NCBI GenBank assembly: GCA_963732105.1
Contig: CAVSYL010000010.1
Location: forward strand, 471,290 to 535,289
DNA from: an uncultured beta proteobacterium
Lineage (GTDB): Bacteria; Pseudomonadota; Gammaproteobacteria; Burkholderiales; Casimicrobiaceae
Direction of reading: 5' to 3'
Length of the DNA: 64,000 nucleotides
The notes beneath the pieces are model-generated. The model was not told where the DNA came from. It saw only the letters and a program-made list of their open reading frames with translations, and ran no database searches. A program made the position numbers and the translations under genes. How positions within the stretch are numbered: the stretch's first letter is position 1; every line of letters starts with the position of its first letter. Positions 1 through 10,388 of the stretch are shown in pieces.

Positions 1-1
1 T

Positions 2-523
2 TGCGCTGCGTGCCACGGTGCTGACGGCAATAGTCCGACTCCCGCCAACCCCAATCTCGCTGGACAACAAGCTGCGTATATTACCGCGCAGCTCGAGCAC
101 TTCAAAAGCGGCATCCGGAACAACGCGATCATGGCAGGCATGGTGGCCACGCTGAGTGCCGAGGACATGCGCGCGCTCGGCATCTATTTTTCAGAGCAGA
201 AGCCCAAGCCAGCGGGTACCAAGGACCGCGAACTGGCACTGAGCGGCCAGAAACTCTTTCGCGGCGGCAACGCAGCTACCGGATTGCCGGCGTGCGCCGC
301 CTGTCACTCGCCGGACGGCGCCGGCATACCGTCGCGCTATCCGCGCCTGGGCGGGCAACACGCTGACTACACGCTCGCGCAACTGAAGGCTTTCAAGGCC
401 GGTGAGCGCGGCATGGACAAGGCCGGCAAGGACACCAACGGTCGCGTCATGTCCCAGGTCGCAGCGAGGCTGAGCGACAGCGAAATGCAGGCCCTCGTGC
501 AGTACACGTCTGGACTGTATTGA
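2..523 (+). CDS. dihaem cytochrome c4-type protein (5' end outside window)
   Basis: Frame is open from base 2. Two CxxCH haem motifs are present: CAACHG at the very start and CAACHS mid-protein. ORF-track entry 131..523 is the in-frame tail. Confidence 0.85.
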   Translation, partial: CAACHGADGNSPTPANPNLAGQQAAYITAQLEHFKSGIRNNAIMAGMVATLSAEDMRALGIYFSEQKPKPAGTKDRELALSGQKLFRGGNAATGLPACAACHSPDGAGIPSRYPRLGGQHADYTLAQLKAFKAGERGMDKAGKDTNGRVMSQVAARLSDSEMQALVQYTSGLY

Positions 524-548
524 GCGCCCGCAAATCGACCGACAGGCA

Positions 549-577
549 GGGCGGCGTCCGCGCCGCCCTCTTTATTT
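549..577 (+). terminator. rho-independent terminator candidate after cytochrome c4
   Basis: GGGCGGCG-tccg-CGCCGCCC perfect 8-bp stem followed by TCTTTATTT. Confidence 0.6.
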
Positions 578-588
578 GAGCGGGCGGC

Positions 589-1413
589 ATGGGGGATTTT
601 AACGCCACCATCACGTCGCTCTACGTCTACCCCGTGAAGAGCTGTCGTGGCGTCGCGCTCTCTGAAGCCCGGTTGACCGAGCGTGGCATTGCCCACGACC
701 GCGAATGGCTGATCGTCGACGAAGGCGGCATTTTCATCACGCAGCGCACCGTGCCGCGCCTCGCGTTGCTGGTGCCCGCGCTGTCGGAAACTGCACTGGA
801 AATTGCGGGTCCGGGCCTGGAGCCGCTCGCCGTGTCGCTCCTGCATCAGGGCCCACGTCGCGATGTGACCATCTGGCGTGACACATTGCCGGCAGTCGAT
901 CAAGGCGACGAGGTGGCAGCGGCGCTGTCGACCTGGATCGGTTGCCCGGTGCGACTGGTACGCTTCGATCCCGAGGTGAGGCGCTACTGTAATTCGGATT
1001 TCGCGGGGCCGGGCGGCGCACATCACTCGTTTGCGGACGGCTATCCTGTCCTGGTGGCGTCCGAGGCGTCGCTTGCGGATCTGAACAGCCGCCTGCAGAC
1101 GCCGCTCCGCATCGATCGTTTTCGACCCAATGTCATGCTTTCCGGCATCGGTGCTTTCGACGAAGACCACATCGACGGATTGACGATCGGCGATGCCATG
1201 CTGAAATTGGTGAAACCGTGCACGCGCTGCCAGATCACGACCACCGACCAATCCACGGCGCAGGTCGGCATCGAACCATTGCCGACGCTGGCGGCCTATC
1301 GCTACAACGCCGCGCTCGAAGGCGTGACCTTCGGGATGAATGCCATCGTGTTGGCGGGCGCAGGAACCACGATCGTCGTCGGCACACCCGCATACTGCAC
1401 GCTCAATTTCTGA
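589..1413 (+). CDS. MOSC domain-containing protein (YcbX-like)
   Basis: 274-aa ORF. N-terminal 'ITSLYVYPVKSCRG' beta-barrel signature and C-terminal MOSC region with 'KPCTRCQITTTDQ'. Confidence 0.8.
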   Translation: MGDFNATITSLYVYPVKSCRGVALSEARLTERGIAHDREWLIVDEGGIFITQRTVPRLALLVPALSETALEIAGPGLEPLAVSLLHQGPRRDVTIWRDTLPAVDQGDEVAAALSTWIGCPVRLVRFDPEVRRYCNSDFAGPGGAHHSFADGYPVLVASEASLADLNSRLQTPLRIDRFRPNVMLSGIGAFDEDHIDGLTIGDAMLKLVKPCTRCQITTTDQSTAQVGIEPLPTLAAYRYNAALEGVTFGMNAIVLAGAGTTIVVGTPAYCTLNF

Positions 1414-1422
1414 ACGACGCGC

Positions 1423-2304
1423 TCAGGCGACGCCCTGAGTCACGCGTCGCTCCGCGAGACAGCGCGCCAGCGCGTCGTCCCATGTCGGCAACGCGATACC
1501 GAAGGTTCGGTCGAATTTTCCGGTCGCGAGCACACCGTACGCCGGACGTCGTGCCGGCGTCGGATACTCTGCGGTCGTGATTGGCACCACGCGCGGTCGC
1601 TTCACGTCGCCGATGATCGCGCGTGCGAAATCGAACCAGCTTGTGGCCCCGCCGGCGCTCAGATGGTAGAGCCCCGCTCGCTCGACGACCGTCGGCAGGC
1701 CCTTGCTGACGACTGCCGCGACCGTCGTAGCGAGGTCCCGGCTCCAGTTCGGGACGCCGAACTGGTCGGCAACGACACGCAATTCATCGCGTTCCGCTGC
1801 GAGGCGCAGCATCGTCAACAAGAAATTGGCACCGCGCAAACCATACACCCAACTCGTGCGAAAGATCAGATGGGCGCCGCCGATTGCTGCGATGGCACGC
1901 TCGCCATCACGCTTGGTCCGACCGTAGACGTTCAACGGGCCGGTCAGCGCCTGTTCGTCATAAGGCAACGTGCTCGCGCCATCGAAGACGTAGTCGGTGG
2001 AAAAATGGATCAGCGCCGCATCGATGTGCTTGGCCTCCTCGGCAAGGATGGCTGGCGCCAGCGCGTTGATGGCCTCGGCTCGGCTGACTTCCGACTCCGC
2101 GCGATCAACCGCGGTATACGCCGCCGCGTTGACGATGAGCTGCGGCTTCAGCGAGCGCACTGCGTCGACCAGCGCATCGCGATCGCCAAGGTCGAGCTTT
2201 TGATGATCGCAGGCAATCACTTTGCCATACGCCACGAGCGCGCGCTGCAATTCGAAGCCGACCTGACCGTTGGCACCCGTCAGCAGGATCGTCGGCCGAG
2301 TCAC
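1423..2304 (-). CDS. rmlD: dTDP-4-dehydrorhamnose reductase
   Basis: 293 aa with 'ILLTGANGQVGFEL' Rossmann start and 'STDYVFDG' motif. Its start overlaps the rmlC stop by 4 bp. Confidence 0.9.
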   Translation of the reverse strand: MTRPTILLTGANGQVGFELQRALVAYGKVIACDHQKLDLGDRDALVDAVRSLKPQLIVNAAAYTAVDRAESEVSRAEAINALAPAILAEEAKHIDAALIHFSTDYVFDGASTLPYDEQALTGPLNVYGRTKRDGERAIAAIGGAHLIFRTSWVYGLRGANFLLTMLRLAAERDELRVVADQFGVPNWSRDLATTVAAVVSKGLPTVVERAGLYHLSAGGATSWFDFARAIIGDVKRPRVVPITTAEYPTPARRPAYGVLATGKFDRTFGIALPTWDDALARCLAERRVTQGVA

Positions 2305-2843
2305 GGGTAGACGTCAGCCTGCGCCAGTGGCCGCCCGGCCGCGTCTTTGGCGGCCAGGGTTGGTGTGCCGACCAGCGGCCAAGAAATGCCGAGCGCGGGG
2401 TCGTTCCACAGCAGGCAGCGTTCGAACTCCGGATACCAGTAGTCGGTCGTCTTGTAGACGAACTCGGCCGACTCCGAGAGCACCAGGAAACCGTGCGCAA
2501 AGCCAGGCGGGATCCACAGCATGCGTTTGTTTGCGGAGGAGAGCGTCACGCCGACCCAACGTCCGAAGTTGACCGAACCACGTCTGACGTCGACCGCGAC
2601 GTCGAACACCTCGCCGGCGATTACACGCACGAGCTTGCCCTGCGCGTGTTCGATCTGATAGTGGAGCCCGCGCAGAACGCCGCGTGCGGACAGCGAATGA
2701 TTGTCCTGCACGAAATCGCCCTCGAGGCCGGCCTCTGCAAGGGTTCTTTGGTTGTAGCTTTCGAAGAAGAACCCACGCGCATCGCCGAAAACGCGCGGCT
2801 CGATCAGCAAGATCTCCGGCAGGGCGGTAGGCGTTATCTTCAT
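2301..2843 (-). CDS. rmlC: dTDP-4-dehydrorhamnose 3,5-epimerase
   Basis: Internal Met of ORF 2301..3068 gives 'MKITPTALPEILLIEPRVFGDARGFFFESYN', the typical RmlC N-terminus. The upstream part of the ORF is Arg-rich out-of-context sequence. Confidence 0.9.
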   Translation of the reverse strand: MKITPTALPEILLIEPRVFGDARGFFFESYNQRTLAEAGLEGDFVQDNHSLSARGVLRGLHYQIEHAQGKLVRVIAGEVFDVAVDVRRGSVNFGRWVGVTLSSANKRMLWIPPGFAHGFLVLSESAEFVYKTTDYWYPEFERCLLWNDPALGISWPLVGTPTLAAKDAAGRPLAQADVYP

Positions 2844-2848
2844 CGCGC

Positions 2849-3736
2849 TCAGCGCACGAGGGGTTCGCGCAACAAGCCGAGCAGGTACTGCCCATAGGCA
2901 TTCTTGGCCATCGCCTGGCCAAGCGATTCGAGCGCCGCCGCGTCGATATAGCCGAGGCGGAAGGCGATTTCCTCCGGACACGCGACTTTCAGGCCCTGAC
3001 GACGTTCGATCGTTGCGATGTACTGACCCGCCTCGAGCAGCGACTCGTGGGTGCCGGTGTCGAGCCACGCCATGCCGCGCCCCATTACTTCCACATAGAG
3101 CTGGCGGTGCTGCAGATACACGCGGTTGACGTCGGTAATCTCGAGTTCGCCCCGCGCAGATGGCTGCAGCACCGCGGCGATGTCGATGACCTCGTTGTCA
3201 TAGAAATAGAGTCCGGTCACCGCGTAACGCGACTTGGGGTGAACCGGTTTTTCCTCGAGGCTCACCACGCGCCCGCTCGCATCGAACTCGGCGACGCCGT
3301 AGCGCTCCGGATCGGCGACCGGATAAGCAAAAACCGTGGCGTGGTCGGTGCGTGCGTTCGCGCGTTCAAGCATCGGCTGGAAGTCATGGCCATAGAAAAT
3401 GTTGTCGCCGAGCACCAGCGCCGAGGGGTCTCGGCCGATGAATTCGCGGCCGATGATAAAGGCCTGCGCCAGGCCATCGGGCGAAGGTTGCACCGCATAC
3501 GTGAGGCTGATGCCCCAGCGCGAGCCATCGCCCAGCAGCGCGGCAAAGCGGGGAGTGTCCTCCGGCGTGGAGATGAGCAGGATGTCGCGGATGCCGGCGA
3601 GGAGCAGCGTCGACAGTGGATAGTAGATCATCGGCTTGTCGTACACGGGAAGCAGTTGCTTGGAAAGCACGTGCGTGACCGGATACAGCCGTGTGCCCGA
3701 ACCGCCGGCAAGGATGATCCCTTTGCGTATGCTCAT
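2849..3736 (-). CDS. rmlA: glucose-1-phosphate thymidylyltransferase
   Basis: '[21 protein letters not shown]' start inside ORF 2849..3829. The start overlaps the rmlB stop (ATGA). Confidence 0.93.
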   Translation of the reverse strand: MSIRKGIILAGGSGTRLYPVTHVLSKQLLPVYDKPMIYYPLSTLLLAGIRDILLISTPEDTPRFAALLGDGSRWGISLTYAVQPSPDGLAQAFIIGREFIGRDPSALVLGDNIFYGHDFQPMLERANARTDHATVFAYPVADPERYGVAEFDASGRVVSLEEKPVHPKSRYAVTGLYFYDNEVIDIAAVLQPSARGELEITDVNRVYLQHRQLYVEVMGRGMAWLDTGTHESLLEAGQYIATIERRQGLKVACPEEIAFRLGYIDAAALESLGQAMAKNAYGQYLLGLLREPLVR

Positions 3737-4794
3737 GCTGCCGCCCCTGCGGCATAGTTGAGCGAGACCCACTTGTGGTATTCGCCGCTCGTGACCGCGG
3801 AGAGCCACGCGCTGTTGTCCAGATACCAACGGACGGTGCGTCCGAGTCCGGATTCAAAGGTCTCGCGCGGCATCCAGCCGAATTCGCGATTGACCTTTGC
3901 AGCGTCGATCGCATAACGCCGGTCGTGGCCCGGACGATCCTTCACGAACGTTATCTGCGCCCGGTAGTCGCGGCCGGGGCGTTGGTCGCCGAGGATCCGG
4001 CACAATGTTTCCACGACATCCAGATTGGTGCGCTCGGCGTTGCCCCCGACGTTGTAGGTTTCGCCCGGCCGTCCGCGCTCAAGCACGGTACGAATGGCCG
4101 TGCAGTGATCGCCGACATACAACCAATCGCGCACATTGGCACCGTCGCCGTACACCGGCAGGGGCTTGCCCGTGATGGCGTTGTGAATCATCAGCGGGAT
4201 CAGTTTCTCCGGAAACTGTCGTGGCCCGTAGTTGTTGGAGCAATTCGTCGTCAGCACGGGCAGGCCGTAGGTGTGGTGATAGGCGCGTACCAGATGATCG
4301 GCCGCTGCTTTCGACGCCGAATAAGGGCTGTTGGGCGCGTACGCGGTTGTTTCCGAAAATCCCGCGTCGCGCGGCCCGAGCGACCCGAACACTTCGTCGG
4401 TGGAAACGTGCAGAAAGCGAAAGTGATCCCGCTCCAAAGGCGGCAGTGAGGCGAAGTGCGCACGCGCGACGTCAAGGAGTGCAAACGTGCCGACAACGTT
4501 GGTCTCGACAAACGCTGCGGGGCCGTGGATCGAGCGGTCGACGTGTGTCTCAGCGGCGAAATTGACGATCGCGCGAGGGCGATGTGTCGCGAGGAGGCTC
4601 GCAACGAGCCCACGATCGCCGATATCGCCGTGCACGAACCGGTGTCGCACGTCGTCCTTGACGGAGGCCAAGTTGCCGAGATTGCCGGCATACGTCAGGC
4701 GATCGAGATTGAGCACCGTCTCGCCGCCGAGATCGAGCCAGTCCAGCACGAAATTGGCGCCGATGAATCCGGCGCCGCCAGTCACGAGGATCAT
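3733..4794 (-). CDS. rmlB: dTDP-glucose 4,6-dehydratase
   Basis: 353 aa with '[16 protein letters not shown]' and a YSASKAA catalytic motif. Confidence 0.95.
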   Translation of the reverse strand: MILVTGGAGFIGANFVLDWLDLGGETVLNLDRLTYAGNLGNLASVKDDVRHRFVHGDIGDRGLVASLLATHRPRAIVNFAAETHVDRSIHGPAAFVETNVVGTFALLDVARAHFASLPPLERDHFRFLHVSTDEVFGSLGPRDAGFSETTAYAPNSPYSASKAAADHLVRAYHHTYGLPVLTTNCSNNYGPRQFPEKLIPLMIHNAITGKPLPVYGDGANVRDWLYVGDHCTAIRTVLERGRPGETYNVGGNAERTNLDVVETLCRILGDQRPGRDYRAQITFVKDRPGHDRRYAIDAAKVNREFGWMPRETFESGLGRTVRWYLDNSAWLSAVTSGEYHKWVSLNYAAGAAA

Positions 4795-4825
4795 GCCTGC
4801 CCCAATTTGATTGCCGCAAATTTTA

Positions 4826-5800
4826 TCATTGCACGCGGTAATACTCTCGATACCAGGCGACGAAACGCGCGAGTCCTTCCGCGATCGGTGTCGTCGGCGC
4901 GAAGCCCGTTGCCGCGGCGAGTCGATCGACGGACGCGAAGGTTGCCGGTACGTCGCCTGCCTGCATCGGCAGGTACTCCTTCACCGCGCGGCGGCCAAGC
5001 AATCGCTCCAGTTCGCCGATGAACGATTCGAGATCGATCGCATCGTGGTTGCCGATGTTGTAGATCGTGTGCGGGGCAGTGCCTTGCGGTTCCGCAGGAG
5101 GCAACGCAAGCAAGCGCACGATGCCTTCGACAATATCGTCGACGTATGTGAAATCGCGTCGCATCTTCCCAAAATTGAACACCTTGATGGGCTGGCCTTC
5201 CAGGATCGACCGCGTGAAAAGCATGGGCGCCATGTCGGGGCGTCCCCACGGACCGTAGACGGTAAAAAACCGCAGACCGGTCGCGGGCAGCCGGTAGAGG
5301 TGGCTGTAGCTGTGCGCCAGCAGTTCGTCCGCGCGCTTGGTCGCCGCATACACACTGACGGGGTGATCGACGTTCTGGTCTTCCGAAAACGGCAGTTTGT
5401 GGCTCGCGCCATAGACACTCGAACTCGAAGCATAGACCAGGTGGGCGACGCTCGTATGACGACAACCTTCGAGCACCGTGCCAAACGCATCGACGTTGTT
5501 GCGGAGGTACGCAGCAGGATTGATCAACGAATAGCGCACCCCCGGTTGCGCCGCCAAGTGCACGACATGGCTGAACCGGCCGGCGCGGAACAACGCTGCG
5601 GTCGGTTCCTGATCGGCGAGATCCAGCGCGCTGCACGTAACGCCTGCCGCTGCAAGCCGCGCCGCGCGATCGCGCTTGAGTGAGACGTCGTAGTATGGGT
5701 CGAAGGAGTCGACGCCAACGACATCGGCGCCGTCGGTGCGCAACCGCAGCGCGAGATGCATGCCGATGAATCCCGCGGCACCGGTCACCAATACCCTCAT
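4826..5800 (-). CDS. NAD-dependent nucleotide-sugar epimerase (UDP-glucuronate 4-epimerase-like)
   Basis: 'MRVLVTGAAGFIGMHL' start inside ORF 4826..6139, with a YAATKRA motif. The start overlaps the stop of the upstream GT2 gene. Confidence 0.85.
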   Translation of the reverse strand: MRVLVTGAAGFIGMHLALRLRTDGADVVGVDSFDPYYDVSLKRDRAARLAAAGVTCSALDLADQEPTAALFRAGRFSHVVHLAAQPGVRYSLINPAAYLRNNVDAFGTVLEGCRHTSVAHLVYASSSSVYGASHKLPFSEDQNVDHPVSVYAATKRADELLAHSYSHLYRLPATGLRFFTVYGPWGRPDMAPMLFTRSILEGQPIKVFNFGKMRRDFTYVDDIVEGIVRLLALPPAEPQGTAPHTIYNIGNHDAIDLESFIGELERLLGRRAVKEYLPMQAGDVPATFASVDRLAAATGFAPTTPIAEGLARFVAWYREYYRVQ

Positions 5801-6570
5801 CGCGCGCGTCCGGCCTGTTCGAGCGCACGCAATTTGGCGTACTTGCAAAAGCTGTTGAAACAACCGATGGCGATGTGGGTCAAGCCCGCGACGCCGTCGA
5901 GGAAGCCCGCGCGCAGCACGTAAAATCGGAAGAACCGTACGAGCGGGGAGGCCACCAACCGCAGCGTTGAAGAATGCTCGCCACGGGCGTACAGCGCCTC
6001 GGCCTGTAGTGTCGTATAGCGGTTCTGCTTGGCGAGGTAGGCATCGAGCGATTCCGCCGACGCGTGCAGAAGGTCCCCGTCGAGTTTGCCGACCGGACCG
6101 TCGGCAAGCACGTGCTCGTGCACCACATCGTCGCTCCATCGGGCATGGCGGCGATCGAAAAGCCGCAAGTTCCAGTCCGGATATCCTTCGCCGTGGCGGA
6201 GCCAGCGCCCGAGAAACCGATTGCGGCGAGCCATCGTGTAGGCGTTATAACGCGGTGCGGCGAGTGCGGCGCGGATGCCGTCCGCGAGCGCAGTTGTGAC
6301 GCGCTCATCCGCGTCGAGGGATAACACCCAATCGTGCGTGGCCTGCGCAACGGCAAAATTCTTCTGCGGGCCGAATCCGAGCCACGCCTGTTCGATGACG
6401 CGCGCGCCGCGGCTGCGGGCAATTTCTACGGTATTATCGGCACTGCCGGAATCGACGATGATCATCTCCGTGGCAAATTCCGCGGAATCCAGGCACTCGG
6501 CGAGTTCCGCGCCGGCATTGCGCGTGATCACGACAACGGACAGGCTAAGTGGGGCAAACGGATCGGACAT
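5797..6570 (-). CDS. family 2 glycosyltransferase (LPS core WaaE/KdtX-like)
   Basis: 'LSVVVITRNAGAEL...IIVDSGSADNT...LSLDADERV' GT2 motifs. The start is chosen at Met 'MSDPF'; an alternative in-frame Met lies at 6645. Confidence 0.8.
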   Translation of the reverse strand: MSDPFAPLSLSVVVITRNAGAELAECLDSAEFATEMIIVDSGSADNTVEIARSRGARVIEQAWLGFGPQKNFAVAQATHDWVLSLDADERVTTALADGIRAALAAPRYNAYTMARRNRFLGRWLRHGEGYPDWNLRLFDRRHARWSDDVVHEHVLADGPVGKLDGDLLHASAESLDAYLAKQNRYTTLQAEALYARGEHSSTLRLVASPLVRFFRFYVLRAGFLDGVAGLTHIAIGCFNSFCKYAKLRALEQAGRAR

Positions 6571-6737
6571 CGCGTCGAGTTCGATTCTGCGTTGCGCGGT
6601 TGGCAAGGCGCGTGGCGCAAAAGCGCGCAGGAAGGCGCAATCCATTCTACGTGCAATCGTTCCCGCAAGCCACCAGCAACGCATCCGTCGCTGCATTCCC
6701 GCTTTGAATTGCACGCATCAGGCATGAGCGACCCGAC

Positions 6738-7706
6738 GTGACCAGTGTGCTGATCATTCGGCCATCGTCCCTGGGTGACATCGTGCATGCTATGCCGATC
6801 GTGCACGACCTCGCATGTCATCGAGCGGGCATCGTCGTCGACTGGGTCGCCGAAGAACCATTTGCAGGATTGATCGCCCTGAATCGCGGTGTACGTCGGG
6901 TCATTCCCGTCGCGCTGCGACGGTGGCGCCATCACCTTCTGACGCGTTCGACCTGGCGCGAGTTTGCCGCCTTCCGGCGGCAACTCGCCGGCGATCGTTA
7001 TACCGCGATCATCGATTTGCAGGAGCAGGTCAAGGGCGCGTTGCTTGCCTGGCTCGCGCGCGGCCCCGTGCACGGACCCGATCGTGCCAGCATCCGCGAG
7101 CCCGCCGCCACCATCGCCTACCGCCGGCGCCATCGCGTCGATCCGAAGCAGCACTTGATCGACCGTTGCCGTCAACTCGCGGGAGCCACGTTTGACTACG
7201 AGCCGCAAGGGCCGCCACACTTCGACCTGGTGCCGCCGCCACTGCACGATGCGCCAGCGGCGCGGTACGTTGTCTTCCTGCACGCAACGAGCCGTGCAGA
7301 CAAGTTGTGGCCGGACGTGCACTGGAAGAAATTGATCGAGCATTTCAGCGCGGCAGGGTTCACGGTGGTACTGCCCTGGGGCAGCGCCGACGAGTCGGCC
7401 CGTAGCGCGGCGCTCGCTGCCGACGTTCCGGGTACGCTCGTTCCGTCGCATCACAGCTTGCCAAGGCTCGCGTCGATGCTTGCGCATGCCGAGCTGGTCT
7501 GCGGCGTCGACACTGGGCTCGTCCACCTGGCCGCGGCGCTATCCGTCCCGACAATTGCACTCTTTGTGGCCACCGATCCCCGCCTGGCGGGCGTCCAGCG
7601 CGCGAGCACGCGTGCGCGCGATCTGGGCGGAATTGGCGTTGTACCGACCCCGGCTGAAGTCATCGCCGCTGCGGCGGAGCTCATCAACAACGCGCCAGGC
7701 TGCTGA
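6738..7706 (+). CDS. waaC: lipopolysaccharide heptosyltransferase I
   Basis: 322 aa with a GTG start and a 'VLIIRPSSLGDIVHAMP' GT9 N-terminus. It is immediately followed by waaA. Confidence 0.85.
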   Translation: MTSVLIIRPSSLGDIVHAMPIVHDLACHRAGIVVDWVAEEPFAGLIALNRGVRRVIPVALRRWRHHLLTRSTWREFAAFRRQLAGDRYTAIIDLQEQVKGALLAWLARGPVHGPDRASIREPAATIAYRRRHRVDPKQHLIDRCRQLAGATFDYEPQGPPHFDLVPPPLHDAPAARYVVFLHATSRADKLWPDVHWKKLIEHFSAAGFTVVLPWGSADESARSAALAADVPGTLVPSHHSLPRLASMLAHAELVCGVDTGLVHLAAALSVPTIALFVATDPRLAGVQRASTRARDLGGIGVVPTPAEVIAAAAELINNAPGC

Positions 7707-8989
7707 TGGAATTTGCGCGCGTGCTGTATACGGCGCTGGGCACCGCCGCGCTACCGTTGCTGCCGTTGCGCCTTTGGTGGCGCGGACGCGCGGAGCCTGG
7801 ATACCGGCTCGCCATCGGTGAGCGCTTCGGTCGTTACGATGCCACCGTGGTCGGTGCACCGCTGCTTTGGGTCCACGCCGTGTCGCTAGGCGAAACCCGT
7901 GCCGCGTTTCCACTCGTCCAGCGACTGAAGGTCGCGTATCCACGCGCGGCGATTCTGCTCACCCACATGACTGCGACGGGGCGGCAAACCGGGCGTTCGC
8001 TATTCGGCGACAACGTCGTCCAGGCGTGGCTGCCGTACGATGTGCCATTCGCCGTGCATGGCTTTTTCAAACATTTCCGTCCTGCTGCGGGTTTCTTGCT
8101 GGAGACGGAGCTGTGGCCGAACATCGTGGCACACGCACGTGCCATCGGCATGCCGCTGTTCCTTGTCAACGCGCGCATGTCGCGACGTTCGGCACGCGGG
8201 TATGCGCACATCCCGTCATTGACCCGCCCGCTGTTCGGTCGATTGGCTGGCGTTGCGGCGCAGTCCCCCGACGACGCGGCGAGGCTCGCGGCGCTCGGCG
8301 CGCAAGCGCCCGTCGTCACGGGCAACATCAAGTTCGACCTTGCGGTCGGCGCGCAAGCGCGGGCGCTCGGCCACGAATTGCGAACCCGCTTCGGTGCGAC
8401 GCGCCCGGTGTGGCTTGCGGCGAGCACGCGCGACGGCGAGGAAGCGCTGATCCTCGATGCCCTGGCACACACGCCGCTGCCGCGGGAAACGTTGCTGGTC
8501 ATCGTGCCTCGTCATCCCCAGCGCTTCGCGGACGTCGCGGCGCTGCTGGACGCGCGTAGCGTGCCATTCGTGCGGCGCAGCGACAACCGAGCGGTGCCCG
8601 CCGATGTTGGCGTGGTACTCGGCGATTCGATGGGCGAACTATTATCGTACTACGCCGCGGCCGATCTGGCGTTCATCGGCGGCAGCTTGTTACGGCTGGG
8701 CGGGCAAAACCTGATCGAGGCATTGGCCGTCGGCACGCCGGTGCTGATCGGCCCGCACACGTTCAATTTCAGCGAAGCGGCGACCGGTGCGGTCGCGGCG
8801 GGCGCCGCGCAACGCGTCGCGGACGCGGAGGCCCTGATCCATGCGGTCGGCGCGCTCTTCGGCGATCCTGCGCAACGCGATGCGATGCAGGAAGCCGCCG
8901 GGGCATTTCATGCCTCGCATCGCGGCGCGACCGATCGTCTGATGCGCTGGCTGGAGCCTCGCCTGGAACAGCGAAACCTCAACCGTTGA
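7706..8989 (+). CDS. waaA: 3-deoxy-D-manno-octulosonic acid (Kdo) transferase
   Basis: 427 aa with 'LWVHAVSLGETRAA' and C-terminal 'GGSL...GGQNLIEA' motifs typical of KdtA/WaaA. Confidence 0.9.
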   Translation: MEFARVLYTALGTAALPLLPLRLWWRGRAEPGYRLAIGERFGRYDATVVGAPLLWVHAVSLGETRAAFPLVQRLKVAYPRAAILLTHMTATGRQTGRSLFGDNVVQAWLPYDVPFAVHGFFKHFRPAAGFLLETELWPNIVAHARAIGMPLFLVNARMSRRSARGYAHIPSLTRPLFGRLAGVAAQSPDDAARLAALGAQAPVVTGNIKFDLAVGAQARALGHELRTRFGATRPVWLAASTRDGEEALILDALAHTPLPRETLLVIVPRHPQRFADVAALLDARSVPFVRRSDNRAVPADVGVVLGDSMGELLSYYAAADLAFIGGSLLRLGGQNLIEALAVGTPVLIGPHTFNFSEAATGAVAAGAAQRVADAEALIHAVGALFGDPAQRDAMQEAAGAFHASHRGATDRLMRWLEPRLEQRNLNR

Positions 8990-10325
8990 GATCGCGATTG
9001 ATCTGCTCGACGTCGGTGTCGTTGAGCGTGCCGACGGCCTGCTTGAGTTTCAGGCTGTTGATCACGAAGTTGTAGTAGGTTTGCGCAAGGTTGAAGCGCG
9101 TCTGGAAGACCTGTTGCTGCTGATTGAGGACATCGAGGTTGGTACGCACGCCGACCTCGAGACCGAGCTTGTTCGACTCGTAGGAAACCTGTGCCGAAGC
9201 AAGCGCCTGGTCGAGAGCTTTGACCTGCGCCACGCCATTGGTGACACCGGCGAACGAGCTCTGTGCCAACAGCTGCGCGCTCCGCCTTGCCGCCTCGAGA
9301 TTCTGGCGGGTTGCGTCCTGATTCGCGATCGCCTGCCGCACCTTCGAATCCACCGAACCGCCCTGATAGATCGGTAGATTCAACTGCACGCCAATCAGAC
9401 CGAGCCGGTAGTCGGTGGCAAAATTGGAAGCCACGGCAGTCGACGCGCCTCCCCCGGCATAGTTCTGGTTGAAGCTCGCCACCAGGTCGACCGTCGGATA
9501 GTGACCCGCGCGTTGACGATCGACTTCGAGGTTGGCGATATCGAGATTGGATTGAGCGATGCGTACTTGCAGGTTCTCTCGAATGGCCTTGTCCATCCAG
9601 GGTTCGAGCGCATTGGGCATTGGCGGCTCCGGCTCGAACTTGCGGTCGAACCGCTTCAGGTCCTTCGGCAGGCGGCCGATAATGGCGCGCAGCGCGGCAA
9701 GTGCATTCTCGAGATCGTTGCGCACCGAAATTTCCTGCGCCACGATCTGGTCGTACTTCGCCTGGGCGTCATTGGTGTCGGTAATCGTCGCCGTGCCGAC
9801 TTCGAAGTTGCGCTTGGCCTGCGCCAGATTTTCGCTGACTGCGGCCTTCTGGCTCGCCGTCAATTCGATCGTGAACTGCGCCAGGAGCACGTTGAAGTAG
9901 GACTGCGCCACGCGTACGATGAGATCCTGCTGCGCGGACGCCAATACGTAATCGGCTTGCGTTACCTGCTGCTTGGCCTGGTCGAATCCGATCGAATTTT
10001 GCGGGCGATACAGCGGTTGACTCGCGGACACCGTGTATCCCGCCGTCGGAAACTGTTGGTGAAATGTTGTCTGCGGATCGGTGTGTAACGACTGGCTGTA
10101 GTCCTGTTCGTTGGCAAGCACGGAAAGTAGCACCGATGGCAGCAATCCGGCGCGCGCCTGCGGCACGTTTTCCTGCGTCGCCTGCCAGGTCGAACGCGCT
10201 GCCGCGAGGGTTGGGTCACTGACCAGTGCATCGCGATAGATCTGCGTCAGATCTTCGGCGTTCGCGGCGTCAATCGCGCCGCCGAGCGACGCGCACAGCG
10301 CGATCGCAAGCAAGTGTTTCGACAT
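8979..10325 (-). CDS. tolC: TolC-family outer membrane efflux protein
   Basis: 448 aa with a signal peptide, then 'DLTQIYRDALVSDPTLAAAR' and two repeated TolC halves. Confidence 0.9.
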   Translation of the reverse strand: MSKHLLAIALCASLGGAIDAANAEDLTQIYRDALVSDPTLAAARSTWQATQENVPQARAGLLPSVLLSVLANEQDYSQSLHTDPQTTFHQQFPTAGYTVSASQPLYRPQNSIGFDQAKQQVTQADYVLASAQQDLIVRVAQSYFNVLLAQFTIELTASQKAAVSENLAQAKRNFEVGTATITDTNDAQAKYDQIVAQEISVRNDLENALAALRAIIGRLPKDLKRFDRKFEPEPPMPNALEPWMDKAIRENLQVRIAQSNLDIANLEVDRQRAGHYPTVDLVASFNQNYAGGGASTAVASNFATDYRLGLIGVQLNLPIYQGGSVDSKVRQAIANQDATRQNLEAARRSAQLLAQSSFAGVTNGVAQVKALDQALASAQVSYESNKLGLEVGVRTNLDVLNQQQQVFQTRFNLAQTYYNFVINSLKLKQAVGTLNDTDVEQINRDLNG

Positions 10326-10388
10326 CTTCTAATTCCAGTCGTCAGGTTGCGGGAGCGTGCGGGTTGTGGCCCTCTTGCAGCCCCTGCA